A stretch of 64,000 nt of DNA from an uncultured Pseudomonadales bacterium (GCA_964618725.1 CAZUBK010000001.1:196908-260907); one strand, 5' to 3'. Counted from the first letter of the stretch, positions 19,505 through 29,536 are shown. Numbers and translations: made by a program. The notes: generated from the sequence alone by a model not told the origin.

Positions 19505-20190
19505 TTTGCTTTGTGAGTGATGATTAAGTGTCCCGGAATAAGGTCGAACATAAGGCTTTGTTGAACTCTAACAGGTTTAATCAATTTGAACCGACTAAAG
19601 TCATAGGAAGAGAGAGGATTCAGATTGTCGATGGAGGCCCAGAAGGGCATCTTAAAGATTAAACAGAGCTTACGAAAAAACTCAAGGGGCAACCAATGCA
19701 AGAAAAGAAAACTAGTATGTGGTTCATAAGGACAAAATCTGTCTGGTGTAGTAACAAAGATATTCTTGCCAACCCGAAGGAGTTCGTTCAGGAAAAACTC
19801 TTGATTCTGGTAATCACCAACATGTTCAAGGGTTGCCCAAGAGACCACAATATCAAAGGTGTCTTTCTTGAAAGGGAGTGGCTTTCCAGGGACCACTTTG
19901 ATAACTTTTATCCTTGGAAAAAGAAGGCACAGCTCCTTTGAGTCTTCGATAGTCACTGCGGTGAGTTTCCTTGGATATGGATAGAGTTTCTCAAATAAAT
20001 TGGAATCACCAAGTAAGGTCAGCGAAGTTGCGCCGACATCTAGAACAAGTGTCTTGGCTGTGGGGTGAAAAAGTTTCTTGAAGTATTTAAATTGCTTGGT
20101 ACGTGTATCAACAGATAACCGACTCAAAAAACGTTTGAGAGGGGTAGCAGTAACAGTGACATCGTGAGTCCAGCGCTTATCTTTTTTCAT
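19501..20190 (-). CDS. Class I SAM-dependent methyltransferase
   Basis: VLDVGAT, LPFKKDTFDIVVSWATLEHV, VTTPDR..PYEPH; ATG 20190 avoids overlap with the upstream gene. Confidence 0.8.
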   Translation of the reverse strand: MKKDKRWTHDVTVTATPLKRFLSRLSVDTRTKQFKYFKKLFHPTAKTLVLDVGATSLTLLGDSNLFEKLYPYPRKLTAVTIEDSKELCLLFPRIKVIKVVPGKPLPFKKDTFDIVVSWATLEHVGDYQNQEFFLNELLRVGKNIFVTTPDRFCPYEPHTSFLFLHWLPLEFFRKLCLIFKMPFWASIDNLNPLSSYDFSRFKLIKPVRVQQSLMFDLIPGHLIITHKAK

Positions 20191-20200
20191 AAGTGATATA

Positions 20201-20971
20201 TTAGCGGCGGGCATAAAGAATGCCAATGCAGGTTTCTAAAGGATGAGGGACAACACGGACTGAGTAGCCTTGACTTCTGAGAAACTTGATCAGTTGATGA
20301 TGATTGTGTTTGGTTAGATGGTCATGATATTCCAGAACGATATTATCTATCTTTTTCAGCAGAGATGGCGGTATTGAAAAAAAGATCTCATACTCAGCAC
20401 CTTCACAGTCTAACTTAAGAAGGTCGCATTTTTTAATGTCATGTTGAATGAAGATGTTATTCAGAGTATCAGTATGAATACTGGTTTTTTTGAAGAAACG
20501 GCCGGTTGGGAAAAGGCTACCCAGGCCGCTGGCCTTGCTAACGAAGAAATTGATTTTTCCTTTGGTGGCGGCAACACCTAAGCAAAAAGCCGTGATGCTT
20601 TTGATGTTGTTTATCTTAGTGTTGTGGGCTAATAATTTGAAAGTTGATGGACATGGTTCATAGGCGAGAATCTTGGTATTGGGATATCTTAGGGCCATGA
20701 GTATAGAGAAAGTGCCGATGTTGGCGCCAACATCAATGATGACTTTTGGATTTTTTAGGGGAATATGATATTGATTCTCGACGTAAATTTCCTGGATAGT
20801 GAGCACGTCAAGTAAATGAGAGACCTTGAACTCTGCGCCGCTTCTTAATTTCATCGTTGGTGAGTTGATCAATTTAAGAGGGAAAAGAGGGACAAGATAC
20901 CAATTGCTAATACTTCTGGCAATGGGGATTATTTGTAAGTGGTATAAAATCAATCGCTTGAGTGGGTGCAT
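20201..20971 (-). CDS. FkbM family methyltransferase
   Basis: IDVGANIG, AYEP, LKLDCEGAEYEI, LEYH. Confidence 0.88.
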   Translation of the reverse strand: MHPLKRLILYHLQIIPIARSISNWYLVPLFPLKLINSPTMKLRSGAEFKVSHLLDVLTIQEIYVENQYHIPLKNPKVIIDVGANIGTFSILMALRYPNTKILAYEPCPSTFKLLAHNTKINNIKSITAFCLGVAATKGKINFFVSKASGLGSLFPTGRFFKKTSIHTDTLNNIFIQHDIKKCDLLKLDCEGAEYEIFFSIPPSLLKKIDNIVLEYHDHLTKHNHHQLIKFLRSQGYSVRVVPHPLETCIGILYARR

Positions 20972-20972
20972 A

Positions 20973-22031
20973 TTAGTCAGGGAGTCGATTTACTAAATGA
21001 GTTTTAATCGTTTCGATTAGAAAGGTCCAGATAAAGATTAAAGTGTTGATACTAATTAAAATCATTTTGGTACCCAGACGAAAATCGGGAAGGATAAGAA
21101 CGGCAATGCCATTGAGAAGAGTAAAGATGATGACAAGAGGAACCAACCAATTATTGTTGAGGATTCTGGATACCGAGTTGTGATGTTTCTCGATGGCAAA
21201 GCCCAGGAACTGAAGGGCCAGCCAACTGAGCCAAAGAGTAATTCCGACTAAGAGAAATAGACTGGTGAGAGCAAAGCTGACTGAGAGAGTTAAAAAGGCC
21301 AGTAGAAAAGCCACAGCCATAGTAATCAAAAGACTTTCAGGTTTAAGAAGGATGATCGCTTTAAGGTGACGCCAACCGTCTGACCATCGTGACAAATGCG
21401 GAGGTCGATTTCTTTTGTCTTTGAGGAAACGGATCGGTACCTCAAGATATTTGCCTTTCCTTAGAGCAGTCTTTAAGAGCAGTTCGCTAGCCCACTCCAT
21501 TCCTGAATTTCTCATATTGAGTTGCTTATAAAAGCTTTTTCTAATAAGACGCATCCCAGAGTTACAATCAGTGGTAGGAATTTGATAAAGGAGGCGGATA
21601 AGTTGGGTAAGAGCAGGAGTTCCGAAATAACGATTAAGGAGAGGCATGGCATCTTTTTGGATCGACCCATTAAGGCGAGAGCCGAGAACCATGTCTGGTT
21701 TGTATTTCAGTTTTGCGGCAAAGCGACTCAAATTTGAAAAGGGATAACTTAAATCGGCGTCAGCAAATAGAACGTAATCACCCCGGCTTTTGAGAATTCC
21801 CCAATGGAGGGCCGCGCCATAACCGCGAACAGGAACGTGAACAATCCGTACAAACTTGATTTCTTTCAGAATTTCTAATGTCCCATCGATGCTGCCATTG
21901 TCGGCAACGATAACCTCGAATTGATTGCCAAAGACTTTCTTTCCGTTTGTATAGGCGTCGGTGACGCTTTGCTTGATTGTATGTGATTCATTCAGACAGG
22001 GAATGACAATGCTTAGTGTCAGCTTCTTCAT
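20973..22031 (-). CDS. GT2, polyprenol-phosphate sugar synthase (DPM1-like) with C-terminal TM helices
   Basis: IPCLNE, ADNGS, GYGAAL, FADADLSY, GSR, TDCNSGMR, DGWRHL. Confidence 0.85.
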   Translation of the reverse strand: MKKLTLSIVIPCLNESHTIKQSVTDAYTNGKKVFGNQFEVIVADNGSIDGTLEILKEIKFVRIVHVPVRGYGAALHWGILKSRGDYVLFADADLSYPFSNLSRFAAKLKYKPDMVLGSRLNGSIQKDAMPLLNRYFGTPALTQLIRLLYQIPTTDCNSGMRLIRKSFYKQLNMRNSGMEWASELLLKTALRKGKYLEVPIRFLKDKRNRPPHLSRWSDGWRHLKAIILLKPESLLITMAVAFLLAFLTLSVSFALTSLFLLVGITLWLSWLALQFLGFAIEKHHNSVSRILNNNWLVPLVIIFTLLNGIAVLILPDFRLGTKMILISINTLIFIWTFLIETIKTHLVNRLPD

Positions 22032-22111
22032 GAGGCAATTCTAATTCAATATAGTAAAAAAGGAAATTAAACAGTAATGGGTATTGTGAGCAGATTAATT
22101 GTGGGAGTAAG

Positions 22112-22312
22112 ATGAGTGAAGTGAAAATTCAAGTTAATCAAAAAAAGTGTGTTGCTTGTGGGGCCTGTGAAGAATTGGCCCCAGAAGTATTTGTGGTCGG
22201 AGTGACTGTCGAGATCAAAAAAGATGCTGACATTGAAAATGAGGAGATCAAAGAGAAAGTTAGGTTAGCTGCTGAGGTATGTCCACAGAAAGTTATTTCT
22301 TTAAAAGAGTAA
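22112..22312 (+). CDS. Single-cluster ferredoxin
   Basis: CVACGAC...APEVF...AAEVCP (CxxCxxC..CP); 66 aa, acidic; GGGAG RBS upstream. Confidence 0.9.
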   Translation: MSEVKIQVNQKKCVACGACEELAPEVFVVGVTVEIKKDADIENEEIKEKVRLAAEVCPQKVISLKE

Positions 22313-23785
22313 ATGAAGAAACCTAGAATAACGCTTGTCTATCCTTCTTATTCCTCTATGATCGGGGCGAGCAAGTTTCGTCGATTTGGTGTTTATGCCG
22401 GAATGGGGAAAATTCCGGAGCGTCCAAATATTGGTCTTGGTTATATTTCTCAAGCATTGATGTCGGCCGGATATGATCACGACTTTGTTGACATGAATCT
22501 CCTTGACTCATACAGCGAATTCAAAAAAAGAACGAAAAAGTATGCTCCTGACATTATTGGTTTGATGATGGTGACGATTGGATATCTGAAAGGATATAAA
22601 TTTATCAGACGAATTCGAAAGGATTTTCCCAAAACGAAGATAATAGTTGGAGGACCACATGTAGGATTGAGGCTGGATGCGCTGCTTAGGGAATGTCCGG
22701 AGATCGATGTGGGATTTATCTCGGAGGCGGAAAAAAGCCTAATCGCGTATCTAAGCAATGGGGCAAGGGCAGATGGAATAGATGGTGTCGTTTATAGGAA
22801 AGGAAGGAAGATTGTATTTACTCCCCCCACACTTGAGCAGGATTTAGGTAAAATAGACTTCCCGAAATATGAAAAGTTTGATCTGTCAAAATATTCAGGC
22901 ATTGGACTTTACACTACTAGGGGGTGTCCATTTCGGTGTATTTTTTGTAGTGTTGAGTCATATCGGAGGAAAATAGTGAGACAAAGGCCGCTTGAGTCGG
23001 TCATGGAAGAAATAAGATACTGGTATGAAAGGGGGCACCGTTTATTTACAATCGAGGATGACAACTTTACTTTCGATATGAAGCGGACGTGGAAACTTTG
23101 TAGACAACTGGAAAAAGAGAAATTGCCAGATATCCAGTTCGCTTTGGCCCAGGGAGCAAGAGCTGATCGAATTAACAAACGTCTGCTCATGAAAATGTAT
23201 CAAGTTGGTTTTAAGTACATCACGATTGCTGTCGAAGCTGGAAATAACAGGATGCTTCGTAACTTAAAAAAAGGTGAAAAGATAGAGACGATTAAGAGGA
23301 ATATAAAGAATGCCTGCGATATTGGCTACGAAGTGAGACTTCTGTTTGTCATTGGCACGCCTGGTGAAACATGGAAGGACATTGAGGATTCACTTAAGTT
23401 AGCGTGTAGTTATCCAATTATGTATTGCCGATTCAACAATCTCTTGCCGATTCCAGGAACAGCACTCTATGATTGGGTGATCAAAGAGAAGCTATATTTA
23501 GCTCCACCAGAAAAGTTTCTTAACAACTATGATCTGGACTGTACCGAGCCATTTTACGAAACAAAAGAGCTTTCGGCGGAGGAGCGGAGACGGGCGATTG
23601 TTATGTCGGACAGAATAAATCAAAAACTGTTTTACCGATATCTAATAAAGAAACTTGGAATTCTAGGTCCAGCTAAATACCCACTCTCTTTTCTGGCATC
23701 TAGAAAGGCAACCCAAACATTGATTGGAGGAAACCCATGGCTATACAACATGGCCCTGAAGATGAGAGTTATGCTGAGCGGGTAG
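22313..23785 (+). CDS. Cobalamin-binding radical SAM protein (class B methylase-like)
   Basis: N-terminal B12 domain (GLGYI, IIVGGPH), TTRGCPFRCIFC, EDDNF, VEAG, IGTPGET, PIPGT. Confidence 0.9.
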   Translation: MKKPRITLVYPSYSSMIGASKFRRFGVYAGMGKIPERPNIGLGYISQALMSAGYDHDFVDMNLLDSYSEFKKRTKKYAPDIIGLMMVTIGYLKGYKFIRRIRKDFPKTKIIVGGPHVGLRLDALLRECPEIDVGFISEAEKSLIAYLSNGARADGIDGVVYRKGRKIVFTPPTLEQDLGKIDFPKYEKFDLSKYSGIGLYTTRGCPFRCIFCSVESYRRKIVRQRPLESVMEEIRYWYERGHRLFTIEDDNFTFDMKRTWKLCRQLEKEKLPDIQFALAQGARADRINKRLLMKMYQVGFKYITIAVEAGNNRMLRNLKKGEKIETIKRNIKNACDIGYEVRLLFVIGTPGETWKDIEDSLKLACSYPIMYCRFNNLLPIPGTALYDWVIKEKLYLAPPEKFLNNYDLDCTEPFYETKELSAEERRRAIVMSDRINQKLFYRYLIKKLGILGPAKYPLSFLASRKATQTLIGGNPWLYNMALKMRVMLSG

Positions 23786-23814
23786 TGGCGATAAATCTTA
23801 GATTCTCAAGAGGA

Positions 23815-24630
23815 CTATGTTTTTGACTTAAATGAGCCAATGTAACGTAGAAATAGGTGATAAAAGACTCCCTTTTTGAATTTTGATGGGAGCCGTTTGG
23901 CAAGAAGTCGATATGATGCCCACTTCAACTTTTGATTAATGGGGTTTTCTGTTGAACTTCCTGGTGAGTAGCGGAATGTTAGGAGTTTTTTGTGGACCAC
24001 TTTTATTTGATTTTGTTTTAAACAATGAACAACTAGATCCCAATCCTCACCCCCACGTCGATAATCATAGTTAAATTTAAAACTAGTGAGTGCACTTTTT
24101 CGAAACAGCATATGTGAAAGCTGGCATAGGTAGAAAGCACTAGGAAAAAGATGGTCATTATTAAAACGAGTCGCAAAAAGCGATAGATCGCGGAGTAACA
24201 TAAGAGGCCATAGCTTAATTTTTCTTCTGAGGTAAAATCCTGATTCAAAATATGGATTTGAAAAACATATAGCAGCAGCTGCCTTTGAATCTTGTCGTAG
24301 AGCCTTGATCATTTCTTTTAGAAAAGTTGGCTGCAATTGATCATCCGAGTCGAGAAATAAAACGAATTCTGATTTGGTAAGATCAAGTCCAGTTTGCCTA
24401 TCTGCGCCAGGACCTTCTAATTCTTTAGTCTTAAAATAGTTCAGATTTTTATTATGCTTTTGGAGGACTTGTTTTGTTTTAGCGTTGTATCCTTCGTCAA
24501 CAATAATTATCTGAACTTTTTCTTTGGGAATTCCTTTCTGACGATTGACTGACTTAATGGCAGCGATGGTAAAATCCAGTCTCCTGAAGTGAGGAGTGAT
24601 AATTGTGACAAGCGAATCTTTAATGCGCAT
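23815..24630 (-). CDS. Glycosyltransferase family 2
   Basis: VTIITPHFRR, IIIVDE, FLDSDD, GGEDWD. Confidence 0.85.
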   Translation of the reverse strand: MRIKDSLVTIITPHFRRLDFTIAAIKSVNRQKGIPKEKVQIIIVDEGYNAKTKQVLQKHNKNLNYFKTKELEGPGADRQTGLDLTKSEFVLFLDSDDQLQPTFLKEMIKALRQDSKAAAAICFSNPYFESGFYLRRKIKLWPLMLLRDLSLFATRFNNDHLFPSAFYLCQLSHMLFRKSALTSFKFNYDYRRGGEDWDLVVHCLKQNQIKVVHKKLLTFRYSPGSSTENPINQKLKWASYRLLAKRLPSKFKKGVFYHLFLRYIGSFKSKT

Positions 24631-24706
24631 ACGCTAATTGTACGAGTTGAGGATAAAAAACAAAAGGGTTTTCTATAAAAGAAAACCCTTTAATCTGAAA
24701 ATCTTG

Positions 24707-25432
24707 CTAAGCCCTTGGTTTGGCATTGCGGTAGACGTCACGAATGATTTTTTGAATCCCATCTGCTTCGCGCGCCCAGTTACGGGCAAATGATTGTGAT
24801 GCGCGCAGTATTTCGACGCGAGATCCCCACAGCAGTTCATTAGAACGTAGTAGTATTTCTTCACTTTCCAAAATATTTACCGACAAAACGCGATACTTGT
24901 CATGGACTGATCGATGTTTTGCCGTGTAAGTGGCGGTTCTAGGTACGTGTACTCCCACCGTCACGATTCCAACACTTTGTAAGCCATATTCTAGAGCAAG
25001 TTTGAAGATGTTTAAAACCTCAACTCCAGTATTTGATGGACCAGAGAGTACGCGGTCTCTGTTCCAGATCAAAACATTGGGGCTAGGAATTTTCTCATCT
25101 CTGAACGCTTGATTAACCAGATTGCTTATAACTTCACTCTCGGTTGGCCCATTGACTGAGAGTAAATATTCAGCGCGATGTGCATAGGCGCAAACTACAT
25201 AGCGAGGTTGGTGCTTTTTAATAAATTCAAGTCCTGCGCGTAGATTTAGTTCTCCTCCCCCGACAATGGAGGATTGATTAGAATCGTCCTTAGGAACGCG
25301 CACGGTTAAGTGGGCCAAATTAGAGTCACAAATTTCGATATCTTCAGTTAACGCCCAAGAACTGATGAGTGTTGAATCAGAATTAGGATCTAATCTCTGA
25401 ATACCACGTCCGAGGATTGCTAAAAGATCCAT
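24707..25432 (-). CDS. DUF218/YdcF (ElyC/SanA-like) domain protein
   Basis: AILGRG ... TESEV ... SNTGVE ... IVTVGVHVPRT fits the DUF218 pattern LGxG..EA..SxNTxEN..VTxxxHxxR; GGGAG upstream of ATG 25432. Confidence 0.55.
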   Translation of the reverse strand: MDLLAILGRGIQRLDPNSDSTLISSWALTEDIEICDSNLAHLTVRVPKDDSNQSSIVGGGELNLRAGLEFIKKHQPRYVVCAYAHRAEYLLSVNGPTESEVISNLVNQAFRDEKIPSPNVLIWNRDRVLSGPSNTGVEVLNIFKLALEYGLQSVGIVTVGVHVPRTATYTAKHRSVHDKYRVLSVNILESEEILLRSNELLWGSRVEILRASQSFARNWAREADGIQKIIRDVYRNAKPRA

Positions 25433-25488
25433 CAAAATCTCCCTGATTAAAAGATTCAAAGAACATCTGGTAGATTAGCAGGAAAAAG

Positions 25489-26433
25489 TTACTTAATCAA
25501 TTCAGGATGAGCTTGTAAATACTCTATTGTTTTAATTATGCCGTCCTTGATGGAGATTTTTGGCGTCCAGCCAAGTGATTTAAGATTTGTTGTATCGAGA
25601 TGAACGAAATCATTGTCGCCTTTCCAACCACGCTTACCGCCTAAATATTTCTTTGGAACTTTTGAACCACTCGTTTCCAAAATAGTATTGACTATTTCAT
25701 CAACGGTTAATATTTCATCGTGGCCTAGATTGTAGACATTGATTTTTTCCTTTGATTTTTCAATTATAGTAAAGATCGCGCTTAAGCCATCTTTTACATA
25801 TAAGGATGATTTTTGGGGAGTGCCGTCGGATAGTAACTCTAGTTCCTTAGGTTCCACCTTTAACTTTTTTAAAAGATCGACAATAATCCCATGAGTGTAT
25901 CGCTCGCCGATCCAGGATACGAAACGAAAAATATAGATATCCCAATCATAATAACTAGAGTATGCTTGGATATATGACTCACACGAAGCTTTGGTGGCGC
26001 CGTAGAGTGAAGTCGGAGTAAATGGATAGTTTTCTGGCGTTGGGTGAACTTTAGCGTCACCGTAAACAGATGAAGTCGAGGCAAAACCGATTTTTTTAAC
26101 ATTGCTTCTAAACATTGCTTCTAAAACATTGTGGGTGCAAGTTAGATTCTGTTGATGATCAATAAAATGATCGTTAAAACCTGAACGGACATCAGCATGA
26201 GCGGCAAGATGGAAAACAAAGTCGATTCCTTCACAGCTTTTAGTAATTAGGTCAAGATCTAAAAGATCGCCTTTAATTAGCTTGAAGTTTGATTTTTGAA
26301 GGTTATGTTCAACGAACAACTCTCTTCCTGTAGAGAAATTGTCGAATACTGTTACGTGATTTCCCTGCTCAAGAAGATAATCTACGATATTACTGCCTAT
26401 AAAACCCGCGCCTCCCGTTACTAGATATTTCAT
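25489..26433 (-). CDS. NAD-dependent nucleotide-sugar epimerase (extended SDR; LmbM-like by context)
   Basis: TGGAGFIG, HLAA, ASTSSVYG, SLYGATK; true start ATG 26433 overlaps the upstream stop (ATGA). Confidence 0.88.
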   Translation of the reverse strand: MKYLVTGGAGFIGSNIVDYLLEQGNHVTVFDNFSTGRELFVEHNLQKSNFKLIKGDLLDLDLITKSCEGIDFVFHLAAHADVRSGFNDHFIDHQQNLTCTHNVLEAMFRSNVKKIGFASTSSVYGDAKVHPTPENYPFTPTSLYGATKASCESYIQAYSSYYDWDIYIFRFVSWIGERYTHGIIVDLLKKLKVEPKELELLSDGTPQKSSLYVKDGLSAIFTIIEKSKEKINVYNLGHDEILTVDEIVNTILETSGSKVPKKYLGGKRGWKGDNDFVHLDTTNLKSLGWTPKISIKDGIIKTIEYLQAHPELIK

Positions 26434-27416
26434 GATTTTGAGTTGTTTGACTTGTAAACAATATCCACAGTTTTCAAAACATACGCCGCTTCTTGAATAC
26501 TTTTGTCTGAATAGTCCTTTTTTTTGATTCTTCGAAAGAATTCCTCTGTTTCTCGCTGCCATGACAAGTCTTCTGTCTCAGTAAGATCGTGTTCTTCTAC
26601 TATTGGTGGACCCATTTCTGGTTTCATCTTGTAGATAGTTAGTACTTCCGGGCCATAACTTCTACCTAATCCATTGATTTGCAACTTGGCAGTTTTAAGC
26701 ATTATTTCAAAGATGAAAATGTTTTTCCATTCCAAGCAAGTCACTGATAAATGAGCTATCTGGTTTTTGTCATTATTCAAGACAAAAAAAGCGGAATCCT
26801 CTAATTTTGCGTCCCAGAATAGATTTCTGGTAACTCCTTGCGCGTGCAGCATGGGGCCAGCAAAGAAGTTAGTCAAGTCAATTAAATGAGACCCTTGATC
26901 CAGTAGTTCACCACCGCCTGCAATTTCGGGATCAAATCTCCATTCTTTTTCATAACCTAATCTAGCACCGTGTCCATAGCGAGCACGAATAAAAAGGACT
27001 GGTCCAAATTCATTAGAATCGACAATTTGTTTGGCTTTGATGATTGCCGGATGAAAGCGGTGGTTGTAACCAAACATTACCACTGATTTCTGTTTTCTTG
27101 AGGCGGAGATGATCTTTTGGAGATCTTTTAGATTTCGAGCGCCAGGTTTTTCGAGTAAGACATGCTTACCTTGATTAATTGCTTCTTTTGCTATCGGAGA
27201 CAGAAGGTTGTTTGTTGTAGAGATGATTACCACGTCAGTTTTTGGATCTTTTACCACTTCATGCCAGTCTGTGGAAACAGTCGCTTTGAATTGCTCAGCT
27301 AATTGCGAGGCTCTTTCTTTATTGATATCACAGACTGTAACTAATTTGGCCCCTCTGGGTAGAGCAGAAGCTCGTTTGTTACCGATTAATCCTGCGCCGA
27401 TAATTGCAACATTCAT
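26430..27416 (-). CDS. Gfo/Idh/MocA oxidoreductase (LmbZ-like by context)
   Basis: IIGAGLIG, HVLLEKP, GYNHRFHP, GGGELLDQGSHLID. Confidence 0.88.
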   Translation of the reverse strand: MNVAIIGAGLIGNKRASALPRGAKLVTVCDINKERASQLAEQFKATVSTDWHEVVKDPKTDVVIISTTNNLLSPIAKEAINQGKHVLLEKPGARNLKDLQKIISASRKQKSVVMFGYNHRFHPAIIKAKQIVDSNEFGPVLFIRARYGHGARLGYEKEWRFDPEIAGGGELLDQGSHLIDLTNFFAGPMLHAQGVTRNLFWDAKLEDSAFFVLNNDKNQIAHLSVTCLEWKNIFIFEIMLKTAKLQINGLGRSYGPEVLTIYKMKPEMGPPIVEEHDLTETEDLSWQRETEEFFRRIKKKDYSDKSIQEAAYVLKTVDIVYKSNNSKS

Positions 27417-27417
27417 A

Positions 27418-28713
27418 TTATTTAAGACCTATGCCTTGATAAGTAAATCCTGATTCTTTTAGGTCTAAGGAATCTAGATAATTTTTGGTGTCGATGATGA
27501 TTTTCTGATTCATCAGCTTACTAAAATTGTTGTAATTTATCTTTTGAAAATCTGACCAGGGGGTCATTAAGACTACACAATCTAGTTTATTGAAAAAATC
27601 TTTGTGGTTAGTGCAAATATCCATGAATTTGTGGGAGGAAACAACTGTGGTAATTGCTGGATCGTATGCCCTTAGTTTTGCTCCTTTGCTTTCAAGAAGA
27701 TCTGCTAGCTCCAGAGATTGTGAACGGCGAAGTGTGTTGGTATTTGGTTTATAGGTTAAGCCAAGAATTCCTATCTGTTTGTTTTTTAAGGAAGAAAGCT
27801 GTTTAGAAATTTTATTGACCAAAAGTGGGATTCTGTCTTGGTTGACTGAGTAAATGGATTTGATGAGTTTTGGTCTGTAACTTCGTTTACTAGACAGTTT
27901 ACTTAGGGTTTGTAAATCACGACCTAAAGTTCCACCAGCAAAGCCCAGACCTGGATTAATTGGTGAGTTAGGGCTGACTCGTTTATCTGATTTTAGTGCT
28001 TTGACTACTTCGGATGCGTCTGCACCAAAAAGTTCACACAGGTCTCCTAATTCGCTCGCAAAGCTAATATTCAGCGCTAGATAATAATTGAGGGCGTGCT
28101 TGGTCATTTCAGCACTCTCAAGGGCTACTGTTACAAAAGGACAGTCTAGGGAAGAGAAAACTTTTTGGAAATGTTCTAGAGATTTTAGATCATCACCGCC
28201 AATAATTACTCTGTCAGCTTTGAAAAAAGCATCCAAAGCCGTTCCGAGACGAAGGTTCTCAGGCCAACACAAGACATTAGCCTTTGGATTTTTCTTTCTT
28301 AACTTGTTTTGAAGCTGACGAGAAGTTCCAACCGGGATCTGACTGGAGATAATGATAGTACAGTGAGGGGAGGAATATCTTACAACCAGGTCAGATATTT
28401 TCTTAAAGGGCTTGATATCAATTCGATCGTTGTCGTCAACCGGAATATCCAAACAAATGAGGATATAGTCTTTGTCGTGAATGGCTTCTTTAGGATTGTT
28501 GGTGTAAATAAGATTCTTGTTTAAGTTCTCGTTTATTATTTCATTTAAACCTGGTTCAAGAATAGGCGCCTCCCCCTTGTTTAGTCTTTCGATTACTTTC
28601 GAGTCTGGATCGAAGGCTGCAACTTCGAACCCTAACTTAGCCAGACATGCGGAGTAAACACTGCCTAAGTGCCAAAGGCCCAGCACACCGATAGATGATT
28701 CAGTTTTTTTCAT
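27418..28713 (-). CDS. UDP-glucose/GDP-mannose dehydrogenase family protein lacking the catalytic Cys (LmbL-like by context)
   Basis: GLWHLG, PILEPGL, PENLRLG, SAEMTKHALN, GFAGGTLGRD (canonical GxGGxCxxKD), LGLTYKPNT..RRS. Confidence 0.85.
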   Translation of the reverse strand: MKKTESSIGVLGLWHLGSVYSACLAKLGFEVAAFDPDSKVIERLNKGEAPILEPGLNEIINENLNKNLIYTNNPKEAIHDKDYILICLDIPVDDNDRIDIKPFKKISDLVVRYSSPHCTIIISSQIPVGTSRQLQNKLRKKNPKANVLCWPENLRLGTALDAFFKADRVIIGGDDLKSLEHFQKVFSSLDCPFVTVALESAEMTKHALNYYLALNISFASELGDLCELFGADASEVVKALKSDKRVSPNSPINPGLGFAGGTLGRDLQTLSKLSSKRSYRPKLIKSIYSVNQDRIPLLVNKISKQLSSLKNKQIGILGLTYKPNTNTLRRSQSLELADLLESKGAKLRAYDPAITTVVSSHKFMDICTNHKDFFNKLDCVVLMTPWSDFQKINYNNFSKLMNQKIIIDTKNYLDSLDLKESGFTYQGIGLK

Positions 28714-29536
28714 AGAATAGGTCTTGGTCGATACGCCGTAATTTGTAGAGGTTACTACTAATATCTTTTAATTTCTTTAGATCTTCAACGGGATTCCATT
28801 TGGCGCTTAAAAGACAACCTGACAAATGATCTGATTCTTGACTAAGAAGGAAGTTGATTAATTTAGTCGTTAATTCAATTGGTGTTCCGCCTTGTTTCTT
28901 TCTGGCAAGTGCGTTGTCATATTCCACTTGACCTACTTTATCGACACCCTGAGAGATGATGTAATCTGTTATTTGAGTATTGATCGCCCCTGGAGCAATG
29001 CAGTTGACATGGATGCCAAATGGCTTAAGCTCATCTCCTATTACTTCAGTAAAGCCAGCGATTGCCACTTTTGAAGTGAAATATGGTGAAAAACGTGGCA
29101 TGGCTTTGGCTCCGACTCCAGCACCGCAAAGATTAATGATTCTGCCGTGACCTTGCCTTTTCATTATTGGAATGACAAGTTGAGTACAACTAATTGTTCC
29201 AAATAAATTGATTTCAAATGTTTTTTTCCATTCAATAGGGTTCATCTCTTCCAAGAAATCTGTGGGGCTTATAACCCCGGCATTATTGACAAGTACATCT
29301 ATCCCATGCAACTCCTCATTTGCAAAATTGATTAGCCTCTTGCAATCTTCATATGAAGAAACGTCAGAAACGATGCCGTGAATTCTATTGTCAGTAAGTC
29401 TGGCTGCTTGGTCTATGTCTTCTTGGGAACGAGAACAAACAACTACTTGAGCGTCTTGTTCAATTAAAGCTTTAGCAATAGAAAGACCTATCCCTTTTGT
29501 TCCACCAGTGACAACTGCTTTTATTTGTGTGAGCAC
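28700..29536 (-). CDS. SDR family oxidoreductase
   Basis: TGGTKGIG, VNNAG, YFTSK, VNCIAPG; GTG start. Confidence 0.85.
   Translation of the reverse strand: MLTQIKAVVTGGTKGIGLSIAKALIEQDAQVVVCSRSQEDIDQAARLTDNRIHGIVSDVSSYEDCKRLINFANEELHGIDVLVNNAGVISPTDFLEEMNPIEWKKTFEINLFGTISCTQLVIPIMKRQGHGRIINLCGAGVGAKAMPRFSPYFTSKVAIAGFTEVIGDELKPFGIHVNCIAPGAINTQITDYIISQGVDKVGQVEYDNALARKKQGGTPIELTTKLINFLLSQESDHLSGCLLSAKWNPVEDLKKLKDISSNLYKLRRIDQDLFYEKN

Noticed and set aside
26098-26125. 13-bp tandem repeat AACATTGCTTCTA x2 in the epimerase
   Set aside because: Only two units, and the protein reads normally through it (VLEAMFRSNVKK); not a CRISPR or VNTR.
26434-26562. N-terminal extension of the track ORF 25489..26562
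   Set aside because: Overlaps the upstream gene; the family start MKYLVTGG at 26433 gives a standard ATGA overlap.
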